The notes: generated by a model not told the origin, from the letters alone. DNA of 64,000 bases from Polyangiaceae bacterium (GCA_033763455.1 JANRKO010000016.1:1-64000); one strand, 5' to 3'; shown: positions 28,046-38,442, counted from the stretch's first letter. A program made the numbers and translations.

Positions 28046-28114
28046 CTGCGCGGCTGCTCCGTGCGTGGCGATTTGTAGCGTTCACAGATAATCTGCAGTA
28101 GCCTCGTCGCCGTC

Positions 28115-28465
28115 ATGCCTTGGCCCATCCTCATTGTTGCCATAAATTTCGGGTTGATCGCGGGGGCCGTTTGGCTCCGAAGGGGGGCGCGCCCGCGGAA
28201 CATGCTCGGTCGATTGGTGCTTGTTTTGGCGGTTCTCCTACTTGGCTCTACGGCGATGTCGATTGGCATAGGCGTAGCGGCAATGACTGCAGCCAGGGGC
28301 GAGATGATCGATCCTTCGCAGAGAGCGCGGATGATGGGGGAAGCCATTTCCGGAGCCATGAACTGCACCGCATTTAGCGTATTGACGCTCCTGCCCCCGA
28401 CCATCGTAACGCTCATCCTCTTCCTGCGTACCCCAAAAGCCAAGGCCCAGCAGCCAGAAGGCTAA
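28115..28465 (+). CDS. Small 3-TM protein resembling the MotA/TolQ/ExbB C-terminal hairpin
   Basis: DPSQRARMMGEAISGAMNCTAF. Confidence 0.6.
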   Translation: MPWPILIVAINFGLIAGAVWLRRGARPRNMLGRLVLVLAVLLLGSTAMSIGIGVAAMTAARGEMIDPSQRARMMGEAISGAMNCTAFSVLTLLPPTIVTLILFLRTPKAKAQQPEG

Positions 28466-28560
28466 GCGCACACGTACCGGCGCGTTCGTTCGCTAACGCT
28501 GCCCGCTCCACCGCAGTTTAAGGATGGGCACCCGCCCTGCGAAGCTAGGGCCACCGAGCT

Positions 28561-29370
28561 TCAAGCCAGCTGGTTCCCAGCGTCGTCGAACCGCCAAGGC
28601 AAGCCTTCGGGAAACCTATCTTGCGCCATGAACCCGAGTGCGCGAGCGGGCTCCGGATCCAATCCGCAAGCTTCCTCAGCACCCGAAACGGCGGGGACTG
28701 GAATGCTGGAGAGGAACACAATCGCAAACTTTACGTTTTCCACCTCCACGGCGCGAATGAAGAAGCGTTGTGTATCGTCGTGGCTCAGGAAGGAAACGCG
28801 AGCGGTTGCGCGCCCGGAGCCAAAGCCCCATGCAGTGTTGGCTGGGGTTCGCGGAAACCAACCCAACCGTGCTCCAATGAAAGAGATGTTGTGGGTGTGC
28901 GCATAGGTGGAGCCAAGTGCTTCCAAGAAAACCTTCGTGGCGCCGTAATGATTGGTAGGGCGAAAGCCGTCTTCCAAGCGCACCCGGCGAGCCTTCAGAT
29001 CGAAGCCACGCACGGTTTGCAAGGTACTAGCCCCCACCACGCGCATTACGCCGAAGCGACGTGCGGCATCAAAAACATTGAACACTCCGACAATGTTGTT
29101 CGGCAAAAGCTCGGTTAGAAAGTCAGCTTCGTCCGGGGTTGCCCCGAGGTGCACCACCGTATCCACACCTTTCACGGCGCCATCTACGTCACGAGCCAGT
29201 GCAAGATCGCCGACGATAGATTCGTCGGCAATCGGCGAAGCAAGCAGATCGAAGCCACGCACGAAGTGCCCTCGCGCACGAAGTGCCTCGCACACCGTAC
29301 GGCCTACTGCACCGGCGGATCCAGTAACCAGAATACGTCGAGGGGCAGCAGTTTTCTCGCTAATAACCAT
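28561..29370 (-). CDS. NAD-dependent epimerase/dehydratase (uronate-dehydrogenase-like)
   Basis: ILVTGSAGAVG and YGATK. Confidence 0.85.
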   Translation of the reverse strand: MVISEKTAAPRRILVTGSAGAVGRTVCEALRARGHFVRGFDLLASPIADESIVGDLALARDVDGAVKGVDTVVHLGATPDEADFLTELLPNNIVGVFNVFDAARRFGVMRVVGASTLQTVRGFDLKARRVRLEDGFRPTNHYGATKVFLEALGSTYAHTHNISFIGARLGWFPRTPANTAWGFGSGRATARVSFLSHDDTQRFFIRAVEVENVKFAIVFLSSIPVPAVSGAEEACGLDPEPARALGFMAQDRFPEGLPWRFDDAGNQLA

Positions 29371-29714
29371 GTTGGGGATTTCGCAATCTTGGGGTGCTCC
29401 CACAATTTACCGACCATGAGATAGCAAGCGAAAGCAGGCTTCCCTTACAGGAACCCGTCCTCGTTAGTGCACGGGCCCTAGGTCTGGCAACCTCACGCGC
29501 CGTGGTAGGCTCGGCCTTTCGCGAATGGCACTTTCGGTGGCGACTTGGCACCCTCGATGGTTGAGCTCGCACGGGCCGCCAAGCCAAAGCCCTTGTACTT
29601 TGGGATCCGGTGGCGGGTACAGCCACCGACGCCCCCGAGGAAAGAGGAAAACGGGCCGCCGTCGCCAGGGAGGGGTGGGTTGTATTTCTTACCGATGGCT
29701 CCATGTTGCCCAGC

Positions 29715-30128
29715 ATGGACACTGCCGAGAAGATCCTGCGCGAATTTTCTAAGATTGCCGTGGTGGGAGCGAGTCGAGATCCGCAGAAGGAGGCGCACGC
29801 GATTCCTGCTGCACTGCTGCGCGCGGGCTTTGAGGTCACGCCCGTCAATCCATACGCGAAAGAGGTGTTTGGTAAAAAATGCTACTCAACGTTAGGTGAC
29901 GTTCCAGCTCCGTTGCAGATTGTGCTGGTGTTTCGCCCGAGCGCGGATGCTACGGCCGTCGTAAAAGACGCGCTCGCGCATGGGGCTCAAGCGATCTGGC
30001 TACAACAGGGCATCGTGTCCAAGGAAGGTGCGGCGGCCGCGAAAGCCGCGGGCATTTTGTACGTAGAAGACAGGTGTATCGGTGTTGTGCGGAGCGTGCA
30101 CAAGATCACCAAGCAAAGCGCCGGTTAA
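29715..30128 (+). CDS. CoA-binding protein (YccU-like)
   Basis: IAVVGAS, PVNP, IWLQQGI and EDRCI. Confidence 0.9.
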   Translation: MDTAEKILREFSKIAVVGASRDPQKEAHAIPAALLRAGFEVTPVNPYAKEVFGKKCYSTLGDVPAPLQIVLVFRPSADATAVVKDALAHGAQAIWLQQGIVSKEGAAAAKAAGILYVEDRCIGVVRSVHKITKQSAG

Positions 30129-30664
30129 GGCCGCGCTTCTGGGTAGTTGCGAGCCTCGGGAAAGACTTCCATGTCCGCTAGCTTCCACCCAAGAGCGCGC
30201 TTCACAAAGCGCAATTGAACACGGCGGGCTTCGATTCGAGTGCCCCCCGCATTCTTCCCCGTCGCGAGAACTTCCAAGAAAGCGCGTGCCTGGGTTCCAT
30301 CTTGACTCAGTGCTAGCTCTTGGCTCTTTATTTCGAGCGTTATAGAGTTAATCTGCAGCTCTGAGAGCCACCGCAACATCCCACTCCTGCCGCGCATTTC
30401 GAAAAGGCGCCCAGCCACTCGGAGTTGAGCCTCGGGCAACACAAGGTCTCCCAACTTTCGGTTTTGCTCCAGCTCAGTGCTCGCACGAGAGGCAGCCAAA
30501 AGACTCAAACGCAATTGCTCCACAGCGGCAGAAACCTCAACCTCCGCCCCTTTTGGCGCGGTCACGCGCAGATAGACAAAGGCGCCAAAAACAGCTGCGA
30601 AAGCGAGCCACACAAGCAACCCGCGACGCAAGGAACCACCCTGCTGCACCCCGTTCTGCATCAC
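30125..30664 (-). CDS. Hypothetical membrane-anchored protein (NTF2-like)
   Basis: N-terminal TM; ends LRFVKRALGWKL; coupled to the upstream gene. Confidence 0.6.
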   Translation of the reverse strand: MMQNGVQQGGSLRRGLLVWLAFAAVFGAFVYLRVTAPKGAEVEVSAAVEQLRLSLLAASRASTELEQNRKLGDLVLPEAQLRVAGRLFEMRGRSGMLRWLSELQINSITLEIKSQELALSQDGTQARAFLEVLATGKNAGGTRIEARRVQLRFVKRALGWKLADMEVFPEARNYPEARP

Positions 30665-30668
30665 CAGC

Positions 30669-32228
30669 TTACTCCGCGGGGGATGAGCGCGGCTCTTCGC
30701 TAGGGGCCACTTGTAGCAACCCCAATTTGGCCAGCTGCTTAAGGGTTGAGGTTAGACGATGGAGTGACATGGCCGCTCTAGCTTCCCCACCGAGCGCTTG
30801 CCGCCAAGCACCCAAAAGCGCCTGTCGATCGCGAGAGCCGTCCAAGAGCGGAATGAGCCGACACACATCGGCATCGTCAATCAGAACGGGAACGTGACTT
30901 GCATTGACGAACCACTTACTGCGCAATGCGAGCCAGCGTAGCCACGGGCTGACCAGCGGGCGTTCCCCCGGCTCCAAGACACACCGCGCGGAATGTTCAC
31001 GCAAATCGACGCACCCCATTAAGTGAAGTTCGAACACCGCCACCTCAAGTTCCTGCTGCGCCACTTCAAGCGCCGGCGCGGGCATGCCTTGAGCCGCTAA
31101 ACGGGCACGGGCTCGCTCAACGAGTAGCTCAAAGCCGAGCATTACCGGCGCTTGCTCGATAAGCTCAAAAAGCGCCGCTTTTGCCAGGCCCTGGCTCAAC
31201 TGAAAACGCTCCCCATGCGACCCAAGGAAGGTCACGGCAGCGCCCTCCTTCAGGGTGGGCTCACCTTCGATTCTCGCAACTGAACTCATCATGAGAACAC
31301 GCACTCGCCCGCGATCTACGCGCCTTGGAGGCAGAGCCGATGCCCGCGCCACGAGCGTGCAGCGAAACGCGTTGCAGGTGAGTACATCCACGCAAGCCTC
31401 GCGCTTGATCACATCTTTTGCGAGTTGAGCAAGCAGCTTCTGGCCGTCTGCCGAGATCTGGGCAACCCCCGGAGGGAGCGTCACCTCGGCGAGAAACCGA
31501 AGGTCGTGGCGGGCCAAGTGCCGTGCGAAATCCGCAAAGTAAACGGGCTGCATATTCGCTTCAAACCAGTCGTGGCAAACCTGCGAATCGGCCGCACCTG
31601 CGACTCTCTCGAACTCGCGCGCAATCGCCGAACCAAGCGGCCGCTCACTGTAGATACTTGCGGCAAACGCCTTAGAAATGGCCCTGAGGCCGTACAACGC
31701 CTTCTTCGGATCCGTTTCCGGTGGTGAAAATTCAAGGCCGATCGAGCGTACGGCGTCCCGCACGTAGCTGCCCGGGTAAACGTTGTAGCTCAGGTATCCG
31801 ACGCCGTTTGGCGCAAGCCACTCGGCCGTCTTCCGGATCAGCGCATCCTGTACTTCGGGCGGAACCCAGGAGTAAAGCCCATGCGCCACTACGTAATCAA
31901 AGCCACCGCCCAGCTCCACTTGAGTAAAGTCCCCGCAATGCACGGTGACATTTGTGAGCCCTAGTTCGGAAATGGCACGTTGTGCGCGCTCCGCCTGACT
32001 CGGCGACAGCTCAACGCCAACAAATGTAGACTCCGGGAACTCTAGCGCAAGCGGTATGAGGTGAGCACCATCTGCACACCCCACGTCTAAGTAGCGGCAA
32101 GCGTTCGCTTTGGCCGCTAGGAACCCATGAAAACGCGCGACCACTGCCAACCTATCCGGATGGGCCTGGGGGATCGCTTTCGCTTCGTAAGGCTGAGACT
32201 CGTAGGACGACGAAGCGAGAACTTTCAC
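30669..32228 (-). CDS. Class I SAM methyltransferase with methyltransferase regulatory domain
   Basis: YLDVGCADG, FDYVVAHGLYSWV, YLSYNVYPG and HDWFE. Confidence 0.85.
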   Translation of the reverse strand: MKVLASSSYESQPYEAKAIPQAHPDRLAVVARFHGFLAAKANACRYLDVGCADGAHLIPLALEFPESTFVGVELSPSQAERAQRAISELGLTNVTVHCGDFTQVELGGGFDYVVAHGLYSWVPPEVQDALIRKTAEWLAPNGVGYLSYNVYPGSYVRDAVRSIGLEFSPPETDPKKALYGLRAISKAFAASIYSERPLGSAIAREFERVAGAADSQVCHDWFEANMQPVYFADFARHLARHDLRFLAEVTLPPGVAQISADGQKLLAQLAKDVIKREACVDVLTCNAFRCTLVARASALPPRRVDRGRVRVLMMSSVARIEGEPTLKEGAAVTFLGSHGERFQLSQGLAKAALFELIEQAPVMLGFELLVERARARLAAQGMPAPALEVAQQELEVAVFELHLMGCVDLREHSARCVLEPGERPLVSPWLRWLALRSKWFVNASHVPVLIDDADVCRLIPLLDGSRDRQALLGAWRQALGGEARAAMSLHRLTSTLKQLAKLGLLQVAPSEEPRSSPAE

Positions 32229-32316
32229 GCTCCTTGCTATCTCCGACGAGCTCGCTCGGCGTCAAGGGCTGACGTCGGTGGATTTGGGCAATCTGCGCGC
32301 GTATAAGCGCCAACCT

Positions 32317-34038
32317 ATGTCCGAGAAACCAAAAAGAAGAAGCCAAGCTTGGTTTGGACCGGCCGATCGCGACGGGTTCATTCACCGTGGATGGATGCGC
32401 AACCAGGGGCTCCCCACGCATCTTTTCGACGGTCGACCGGTAATTGGCATTTGCAACACCTGGTCGGAGTTGACGCCGTGCAACGCACACTTTCGACAGA
32501 TCGCAGAACACGTGAAGCGTGGAGTGTACGAAGCGGGTGGCTTCCCCGTGGAGTTTCCGGTGATGTCACTCGGGGAAACCCTTATGCGGCCGACAGCAAT
32601 GCTGTTTCGCAATCTGGTGAGCATGGATGTTGAGGAATCTATCCGAGCTAACCCAATAGATGGAGTGGTGTTGCTCTGTGGCTGCGACAAGACAACACCC
32701 GCACTTCTGATGGGCGCTGCTAGTTGCGATCTGCCGACCATCACCGTTTCCGGCGGGCCCATGCTGAACGGCAAATACCGGGGCCAGGAGATTGGCTCGG
32801 GGACTTCCGTGTGGGAATTTAGCGAATCTGTGCGCGCGGGAAAAATGAGCTTGCCTGCGTTTATGGAGGCTGAGGCCTGCATGAGCCGCTCGGCGGGGCA
32901 TTGCATGACCATGGGTACGGCCTCCACCATGGCTTCGATGGTGGAAGCGCTCGGCGCAGGTTTGCCGGGCAATGCGGCCATTCCAGCTGTAGATTCACGG
33001 CGCTACGTGCTTGCACATATGGCCGGCCGGCGCATTGTTGACATGGTCAACGAAGATCTCAAATTGTCGAAAATCCTGACCAAAGAGGCGTTCGAGAACG
33101 CGATTTTGGTAAACGGTGCGATTGGCGGTTCTACCAACGCCGTAGTGCACTTGCTCGCGATCGCCGGCAGGATCGGTGTTGACCTAACGCTTGCGGATTG
33201 GGACCGGTTGGGGCGCAACCTGCCTTGCCTGGTGAATCTCATGCCCTCCGGCAAATACCTCATGGAGGACTTCTACTACGCAGGTGGTGTGCCGGCCGTC
33301 ATTCGAGAGCTGGAAAGCTTGATCCGAAAGGATGCCCTCACGGTGAATGGTCATTCCCTGTGGGATAACTGCAAAGACGCCGAATGCTTCAACCGCGACG
33401 TGATCCACACCTTTTCCGAGCCTTTCACTAAACAGGGCGGAATCGCAGTGCTCCGCGGAAATTTGGCTCCGGATGGCGCCGTGCTCAAGCCCTCCGCCGC
33501 CACGCCAGAGCTCACGCAACATCGCGGCCGTGCCGTCGTGTTCGAGAGCATTGAAGATTACAAGGCACGCGTGGATTCCCCGGACCTCGATATTACCAAA
33601 GAGGACATCATGGTCCTCAAGAACTGTGGGCCCAAAGGTTACCCAGGCTTCCCGGAAGTCGGGAACATGGCGTTGCCGAAGAAGCTCCTCGCAGCAGGCG
33701 TTACCGATATGGTGCGCATCTCGGATGCACGCATGAGTGGCACCGCCTACGGAACCGTGGTGCTCCACGTAGCGCCGGAGGCCGCGGCTGGCGGTACACT
33801 CGCGTTGGTGCAGAGCGGCGACATGATCGAGCTCGACGTCGTCGGGCGGAGGTTGCACCTGGAGGTTCCCGATGCCGAGTTAGAAGCGAGGCGTCAGCGC
33901 TATCAGCGCCCAGAGAAGGCCTTCAAGCGGGGGTACGGGCTCCTCTTCGTAGATCACGTGCTCCAGGCCAACGAAGGCGTTGACCTGGACTTTCTGACGG
34001 GCGGAAGTGGCGCCCCCGTGGGCAAGGAATCCCACTGA
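32317..34038 (+). CDS. IlvD/Edd-family sugar-acid dehydratase (L-arabinonate dehydratase-like)
   Basis: ELTPCNAH, CDKTTP, GGSTN, SDARMSGT and C-terminal KESH. Confidence 0.9.
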   Translation: MSEKPKRRSQAWFGPADRDGFIHRGWMRNQGLPTHLFDGRPVIGICNTWSELTPCNAHFRQIAEHVKRGVYEAGGFPVEFPVMSLGETLMRPTAMLFRNLVSMDVEESIRANPIDGVVLLCGCDKTTPALLMGAASCDLPTITVSGGPMLNGKYRGQEIGSGTSVWEFSESVRAGKMSLPAFMEAEACMSRSAGHCMTMGTASTMASMVEALGAGLPGNAAIPAVDSRRYVLAHMAGRRIVDMVNEDLKLSKILTKEAFENAILVNGAIGGSTNAVVHLLAIAGRIGVDLTLADWDRLGRNLPCLVNLMPSGKYLMEDFYYAGGVPAVIRELESLIRKDALTVNGHSLWDNCKDAECFNRDVIHTFSEPFTKQGGIAVLRGNLAPDGAVLKPSAATPELTQHRGRAVVFESIEDYKARVDSPDLDITKEDIMVLKNCGPKGYPGFPEVGNMALPKKLLAAGVTDMVRISDARMSGTAYGTVVLHVAPEAAAGGTLALVQSGDMIELDVVGRRLHLEVPDAELEARRQRYQRPEKAFKRGYGLLFVDHVLQANEGVDLDFLTGGSGAPVGKESH

Positions 34039-34048
34039 CTCCGCTCGG

Positions 34049-34067
34049 GCCCCAGCCGTGCTGGGGC
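34049..34067. terminator. GC hairpin between convergent genes
   Basis: GCCCCAGC-CGT-GCTGGGGC; no U-tract. Confidence 0.4.
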
Positions 34068-34069
34068 TC

Positions 34070-34168
34070 AGCCGTTGCGGGGGCACAACTTAGCTGAGCC
34101 TTAGCCGTTGCGGGGGCACAACTTAGCTGAGGTTTAGCCGTTGCAGGGGCACAACTTAGCTGAGGCTT
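34070..34168. repeat. 33-bp tandem repeat, three copies, overlapping the DUF1552 stop codon
   Basis: AGCCGTTGC(G/A)GGGGCACAACTTAGCTGAG(C/G)(C/T)TT at 34070, 34103 and 34136. Confidence 0.95.
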
Positions 34169-35583
34169 ATTGCGCCTTTGTTGAATTCTGGATCGCCCAC
34201 CTGGGTGACATTAAGGCCCATGGTGTTCGCGACCGTAAGGAGCACGTCATTGATGTTGCGGTCCTGAGCATCGACACGTCGCCCGGTCCTGAATGCGCCT
34301 CCAGCCTTGCCAATAATGGTGGACATGGCGGGGGACAGGATGTGAGTCCCGTTACCCATTTCCGACGCGAGGTAAACGATCGAGTTATCGAGCATGCTGC
34401 CGTTCCCCTCGGGCGTATTTTTCAGCATGGTCACGAACTTGACCATCTCCTCGAATATCCACTTCTGAGCCTTGATGTATTCCCCACCATTCGAGCTGTG
34501 TTCCATCCCATGGTGGTCCCCGGAGCAACCAAGGAACTGGAAACGCGGAATGTGATCCCCAGACGAGAGCCACTGAAGCCCCATAACGCGCGTCAAATCG
34601 CAGTTCACGGCTTGATACGCGATATCATTGAACGCACGGCTTACGGTCTGGATGTCATTGCCACTCGTGTTGGCCGGGAGGGCACAACCCGCGCCAGGTG
34701 TCACGCCTGGGCCCACGATCACGCCGCCGCCGCCCCCACCCCCGCCGGTGGTACCGCCAGGCATGGGCAACTTGCCTTCTAGCTCACGCAGCGCCGTGAG
34801 GTGCTGATCAAGCTTGTTCTGCTCGTCGCTCCCCGCAATGGCCTTAACCTCCGCCATCTCAGCGAAGAGCAAATCTAGACGACTCTTGCCGCGCTCATAG
34901 AGGTTCACCAACGCTGGGTCCGGGCCCGCAGGCACTGCTGGCGTCGTACCGGTCGGGGCGGGCGGCGGCGCACCGCCTCCCGACGGCAAACCATTGCCGA
35001 ACAGGCGACTGAAGGCCGTCATGGGATCCGACATAGGTCGAACGGCCTGCCCGTTCTTGTACCAACACTCGGCGTGGTCTCCGCCTTGCCCCTTATCCCA
35101 CAAGGTTCCGAAGTGGAGCGAGGAAAACGGGGTGGTTTGACCCATGGCCGTAGCAATGTGCTGGTCGAGGGTAGTTGCCGTGCCGTAGCGGTAAGCGAGA
35201 GCCTCTTCGCCACACGCCGTGGTGCCCTTGCAGCCCTGATCGTTCACCGCTGCCCCAAACATGGAGCGACAACCCCCGCCGTGACCTTCGAGCTCCCAGA
35301 AGGTCGCTACCTTGTCGCCGGCCTGATTATTGATGTTGTCAAACACGATCATGTCCGACTGGAGGCTAGCCCAGGGCGAATATATCCCGTCAAAGTAGGT
35401 ATCCAGCTGCGACTCAGAGCCCGCGCGGAAGGGGATGCCACCCGGGAGATTGAGCATGATCAGGCGAAGTGGGAAGGTTGTTTGTGCTTCCGCGATCACG
35501 GAACGGAAAACCGGCGTTGCCAGAAACGCTGCAGCTCCGAGTTGTTTCAGGAGGGACCTACGCTTGAGAACCGCATTTTTCAT
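34156..35583 (-). CDS. DUF1552 domain protein (Tat signal)
   Basis: KRRSLLKQLG, TLDQHIA, CDLTRV, SMLDNSIV and SEMGNG. Confidence 0.85.
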   Translation of the reverse strand: MKNAVLKRRSLLKQLGAAAFLATPVFRSVIAEAQTTFPLRLIMLNLPGGIPFRAGSESQLDTYFDGIYSPWASLQSDMIVFDNINNQAGDKVATFWELEGHGGGCRSMFGAAVNDQGCKGTTACGEEALAYRYGTATTLDQHIATAMGQTTPFSSLHFGTLWDKGQGGDHAECWYKNGQAVRPMSDPMTAFSRLFGNGLPSGGGAPPPAPTGTTPAVPAGPDPALVNLYERGKSRLDLLFAEMAEVKAIAGSDEQNKLDQHLTALRELEGKLPMPGGTTGGGGGGGGVIVGPGVTPGAGCALPANTSGNDIQTVSRAFNDIAYQAVNCDLTRVMGLQWLSSGDHIPRFQFLGCSGDHHGMEHSSNGGEYIKAQKWIFEEMVKFVTMLKNTPEGNGSMLDNSIVYLASEMGNGTHILSPAMSTIIGKAGGAFRTGRRVDAQDRNINDVLLTVANTMGLNVTQVGDPEFNKGAISLS

Positions 35584-35628
35584 GATTCGGATTCCTTAAT
35601 TGGTCAAAATTAGTGCTGGCTGTGCCGC

Positions 35629-37362
35629 TCATTTGAAAGTTCGGAACACGAAGTTGTCAGACTTAGCCAAAGCCACCGCAACATCAGTAATCTTGAGGCC
35701 CGTGGGTGCCAACTGTGCCGCGATAGCATCCACGACTCCACGCTCCGCCGAAGACTCGTCACGCCCGAAGGCCCAACGGTAGGCCTGAAGGGTTAAGCAC
35801 TGCTTGCTTTCCAGGCTTCCCGCTAGCTTCTGCGCCAACGCTGGCGCACCCTGAAATGGCCCGTCGATGTCGAGAGTACTGGTGAAATTGCCGCTCGCAT
35901 CCACCGGCTTGCCGTTCTCCATGGTTCGGAATGCGCCTATCCCGTCGTAATTCTCCAAACCAAAACCAACCGGATCAATGAGTGCGTGGCAACCCGAGCA
36001 CCCTGGGTCGCTGGAGTGTTGAGCAAAGCGCTCACGCGTGGTGAGCGCTGGGTTCGGCGCCACCGGCATCACCGCGAGATTTGGCGGAGGTGAGGGCAGA
36101 ACCTGGCAGAGAAGGCCAATGCGAATCAACTTTCCTCGCCCAATTGGGAAGGACTCGAACGCCTTAGAGTGCTGACCGAGCACGCTAGCGTGCGAGAGAA
36201 TACCCATGCGCTCGGCGGTGTTGAGGGGCGTTTTCACCAGAGCCGCGCCACCGGGATCCGGCAAGCCGTAAAGGGTCGCAAGAGAAGAGTTGGCAAAGGT
36301 GTAATTAGCTGTGAGCAAGCTGGTGAAGGTTCCGTCGCCCTGCCACAAGACGTCGTCGATGAGCTGCTGGGTCTCAAGCTTCATTGCATCGCGTAGCTCT
36401 GGTGTGAACGCCGGGTACACGCCTGAATCCTTCTGGAGCTCCTCCAGGCGACTGGTGCGCACGAACATCTCTAGGAAATGGCGCAGGGTTGGCTTTGCTT
36501 CGGGTAACGCCAGGAGCCGTCGGGCTTGCGTCTCTCGTTGCTCTGCAGTCAAAAGAGCTCCGCTGTCCGCAGCCGCAAGCAGCGTGTCGTCGGGAATCGT
36601 GTCAGTTAACAGATACGAAAGCTGCGTGGCTACTTCGTAGGAGTTGAGCGAGCGATTGGGTCCCTGAGAGGCATCCCCCAGCTCAAACCGATACACGAAG
36701 TTCGGCGATTGGAGCATCGTTTCAATCACCTGGGTCACCGCCCCGGTGTAGCCTGTACGGGCTAGCTCACTCGCAAAGAGCGCCTGGTAGCGAGGAAACT
36801 CCGTTGAGCTCAGCGGCCTTCGGTAAGCACGCTTGCCGAAGCTCTGAATGAAAGCATCACCACAGGCGGTATCCGAGCCACCCGCACATGGGGCTACCGC
36901 GTAGGTTTTCGCGAGCTTTTCGGCGAGGCCCGCATATTGACCCGCAAGAATCGGCGCGACAGTTAGCGCTTGGCTATTGTTATCGAGGTAGCGCGTTGTT
37001 TGGCTCAGCGGCTCAAGGTCAAGCTTGTCCGTTGGGACTTCCGTTAGACCGAGAAGCTTCGCAGCGCTTGATTTGTACTGCGTGTTGGTGAGCCGCCGTA
37101 AGGCGGTTGGGCCGTAAACTGCGCCAGTCGGTGGAGGAGGAGGAGGAGGCAGGACCCCAGGGGTACCAGTACCACCAGGACCCGTGCTTCCAGGGGTAGG
37201 AGTCCCAGTTGTGCCAGGCGCTGGCGTACCATCCGGGCCGACGCCGGGCGCCCCAGGCATGGTACCTTTGGTGGTGGGGCGGCCCTCCACTGCGTTGGAG
37301 CACCCGATCGCGCCCAGGAGCGCTGCGCATAAAATCGTCTTACCAATGAGTTGTTGCATCAC
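35629..37362 (-). CDS. DUF1592/DUF1588/DUF1595 lipoprotein
   Basis: LRRLTNTQY, FGKRAYRRPL, LQSPNFVYRFE, CSGCH and GFGLENYD. Confidence 0.9.
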   Translation of the reverse strand: MMQQLIGKTILCAALLGAIGCSNAVEGRPTTKGTMPGAPGVGPDGTPAPGTTGTPTPGSTGPGGTGTPGVLPPPPPPPTGAVYGPTALRRLTNTQYKSSAAKLLGLTEVPTDKLDLEPLSQTTRYLDNNSQALTVAPILAGQYAGLAEKLAKTYAVAPCAGGSDTACGDAFIQSFGKRAYRRPLSSTEFPRYQALFASELARTGYTGAVTQVIETMLQSPNFVYRFELGDASQGPNRSLNSYEVATQLSYLLTDTIPDDTLLAAADSGALLTAEQRETQARRLLALPEAKPTLRHFLEMFVRTSRLEELQKDSGVYPAFTPELRDAMKLETQQLIDDVLWQGDGTFTSLLTANYTFANSSLATLYGLPDPGGAALVKTPLNTAERMGILSHASVLGQHSKAFESFPIGRGKLIRIGLLCQVLPSPPPNLAVMPVAPNPALTTRERFAQHSSDPGCSGCHALIDPVGFGLENYDGIGAFRTMENGKPVDASGNFTSTLDIDGPFQGAPALAQKLAGSLESKQCLTLQAYRWAFGRDESSAERGVVDAIAAQLAPTGLKITDVAVALAKSDNFVFRTFK

Positions 37363-37628
37363 TCACCTCGAATTGCAGTTCAGCCCACAGGGTAACAGAG
37401 AGCCACTAGCATATTGGACTCAATTGTTCGGCGGATATTAGCACTTTTACAGTACCAATTCCGGCGGCAACCAAAACTTACTGAGCCACAGCACCCGGCC
37501 CGGCCGACTCCACGTGCGTGGGCCATCCGTGTTAGGAGGGGTTTTATAGCAGATTATGGTCAGGTTTGACACGCCGCTTTAGGTTCTCGTCTTACGACCT
37601 GCGCCGGCACGACTGACCACGAATAGGC

Positions 37629-38297
37629 CTAATGCAACTTTAGATTCTTGTTTCGATCTATGGCGGGTGCTCGTGTAGGTTCCGGGGCAACCTTGGGCGC
37701 CGGCTCAGGCCGGGGCCCACCAAGACGTAGAGCCACCCAGGTGGCAGCAGCGCTAATGATTGCGCTTGCATAGAGCCCCCAACCCCAATCGTAGGTGATC
37801 CTGATAAATCGCCCTGCCGTGGGAGGCCGCCAGAATAGGATCAAAACCTCGAGCAGCGTGAGCACTGCAAACGTTGCGCTGATTACGCGAACGCCTCGCA
37901 AATCATAGGCACAGCGCCGAGTAACCAAGAGCGGAATGAGGATGAAAAACCCCAGCGCTCCACCCCAAAACCAACCCGATCGCCTGTGAGCAATTTGAAA
38001 TCCGGTGATCTCCGAAGGATCCGGCGCCGTGACACTTAGCCACGGTGCGAAGAAGCAACCGAGCCCAGCCAATGCTAACAACACCAACAGCCCTCGCCCC
38101 TTGCCGAAATAGAACAGGCCAAATCGTACGTCATCTGGGTGCTCGACAGTACCACTCAGGGCGTCTTCCAGGCGCGCTTCGTCAGAAAGCGGGAGGCTGC
38201 CAAGCGGCACCAGCTCAACATCACAAGTTGGACAGCGCGAGGCCTCCTCAGCACCGTAGAGCTCGCGACAGAAGGGGCAGGACAGGAGTTGTCCCAT
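37629..38297 (-). CDS. Membrane protein with N-terminal zinc ribbon
   Basis: CPFC...CPTC followed by four TMs. Confidence 0.7.
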   Translation of the reverse strand: MGQLLSCPFCRELYGAEEASRCPTCDVELVPLGSLPLSDEARLEDALSGTVEHPDDVRFGLFYFGKGRGLLVLLALAGLGCFFAPWLSVTAPDPSEITGFQIAHRRSGWFWGGALGFFILIPLLVTRRCAYDLRGVRVISATFAVLTLLEVLILFWRPPTAGRFIRITYDWGWGLYASAIISAAATWVALRLGGPRPEPAPKVAPEPTRAPAIDRNKNLKLH

Positions 38298-38442
38298 GGG
38301 GGGCCCGAGAGCATACCGAAGATGGGGAGGCCCGGGACACTCGCGTTCCGCGGCAGCTAGCCTGGTAGCCGTAGAACCGCTTGTTTTCCGCCAGAAGAGG
38401 GGCGCTCGCGCTGGCGAGCCAACTTCGCTAGCCTACACGAGC

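Noticed and set aside
29420..29700. ncRNA (e.g. RNase P RNA) in the divergent intergenic region
   Set aside because: Only short hairpins and a partial GAGGAAAG match; the other conserved elements are absent.
34070..34168. CRISPR array
   Set aside because: The units are directly adjacent with no unique spacers, there are no cas genes, and the repeat includes the end of a coding gene.
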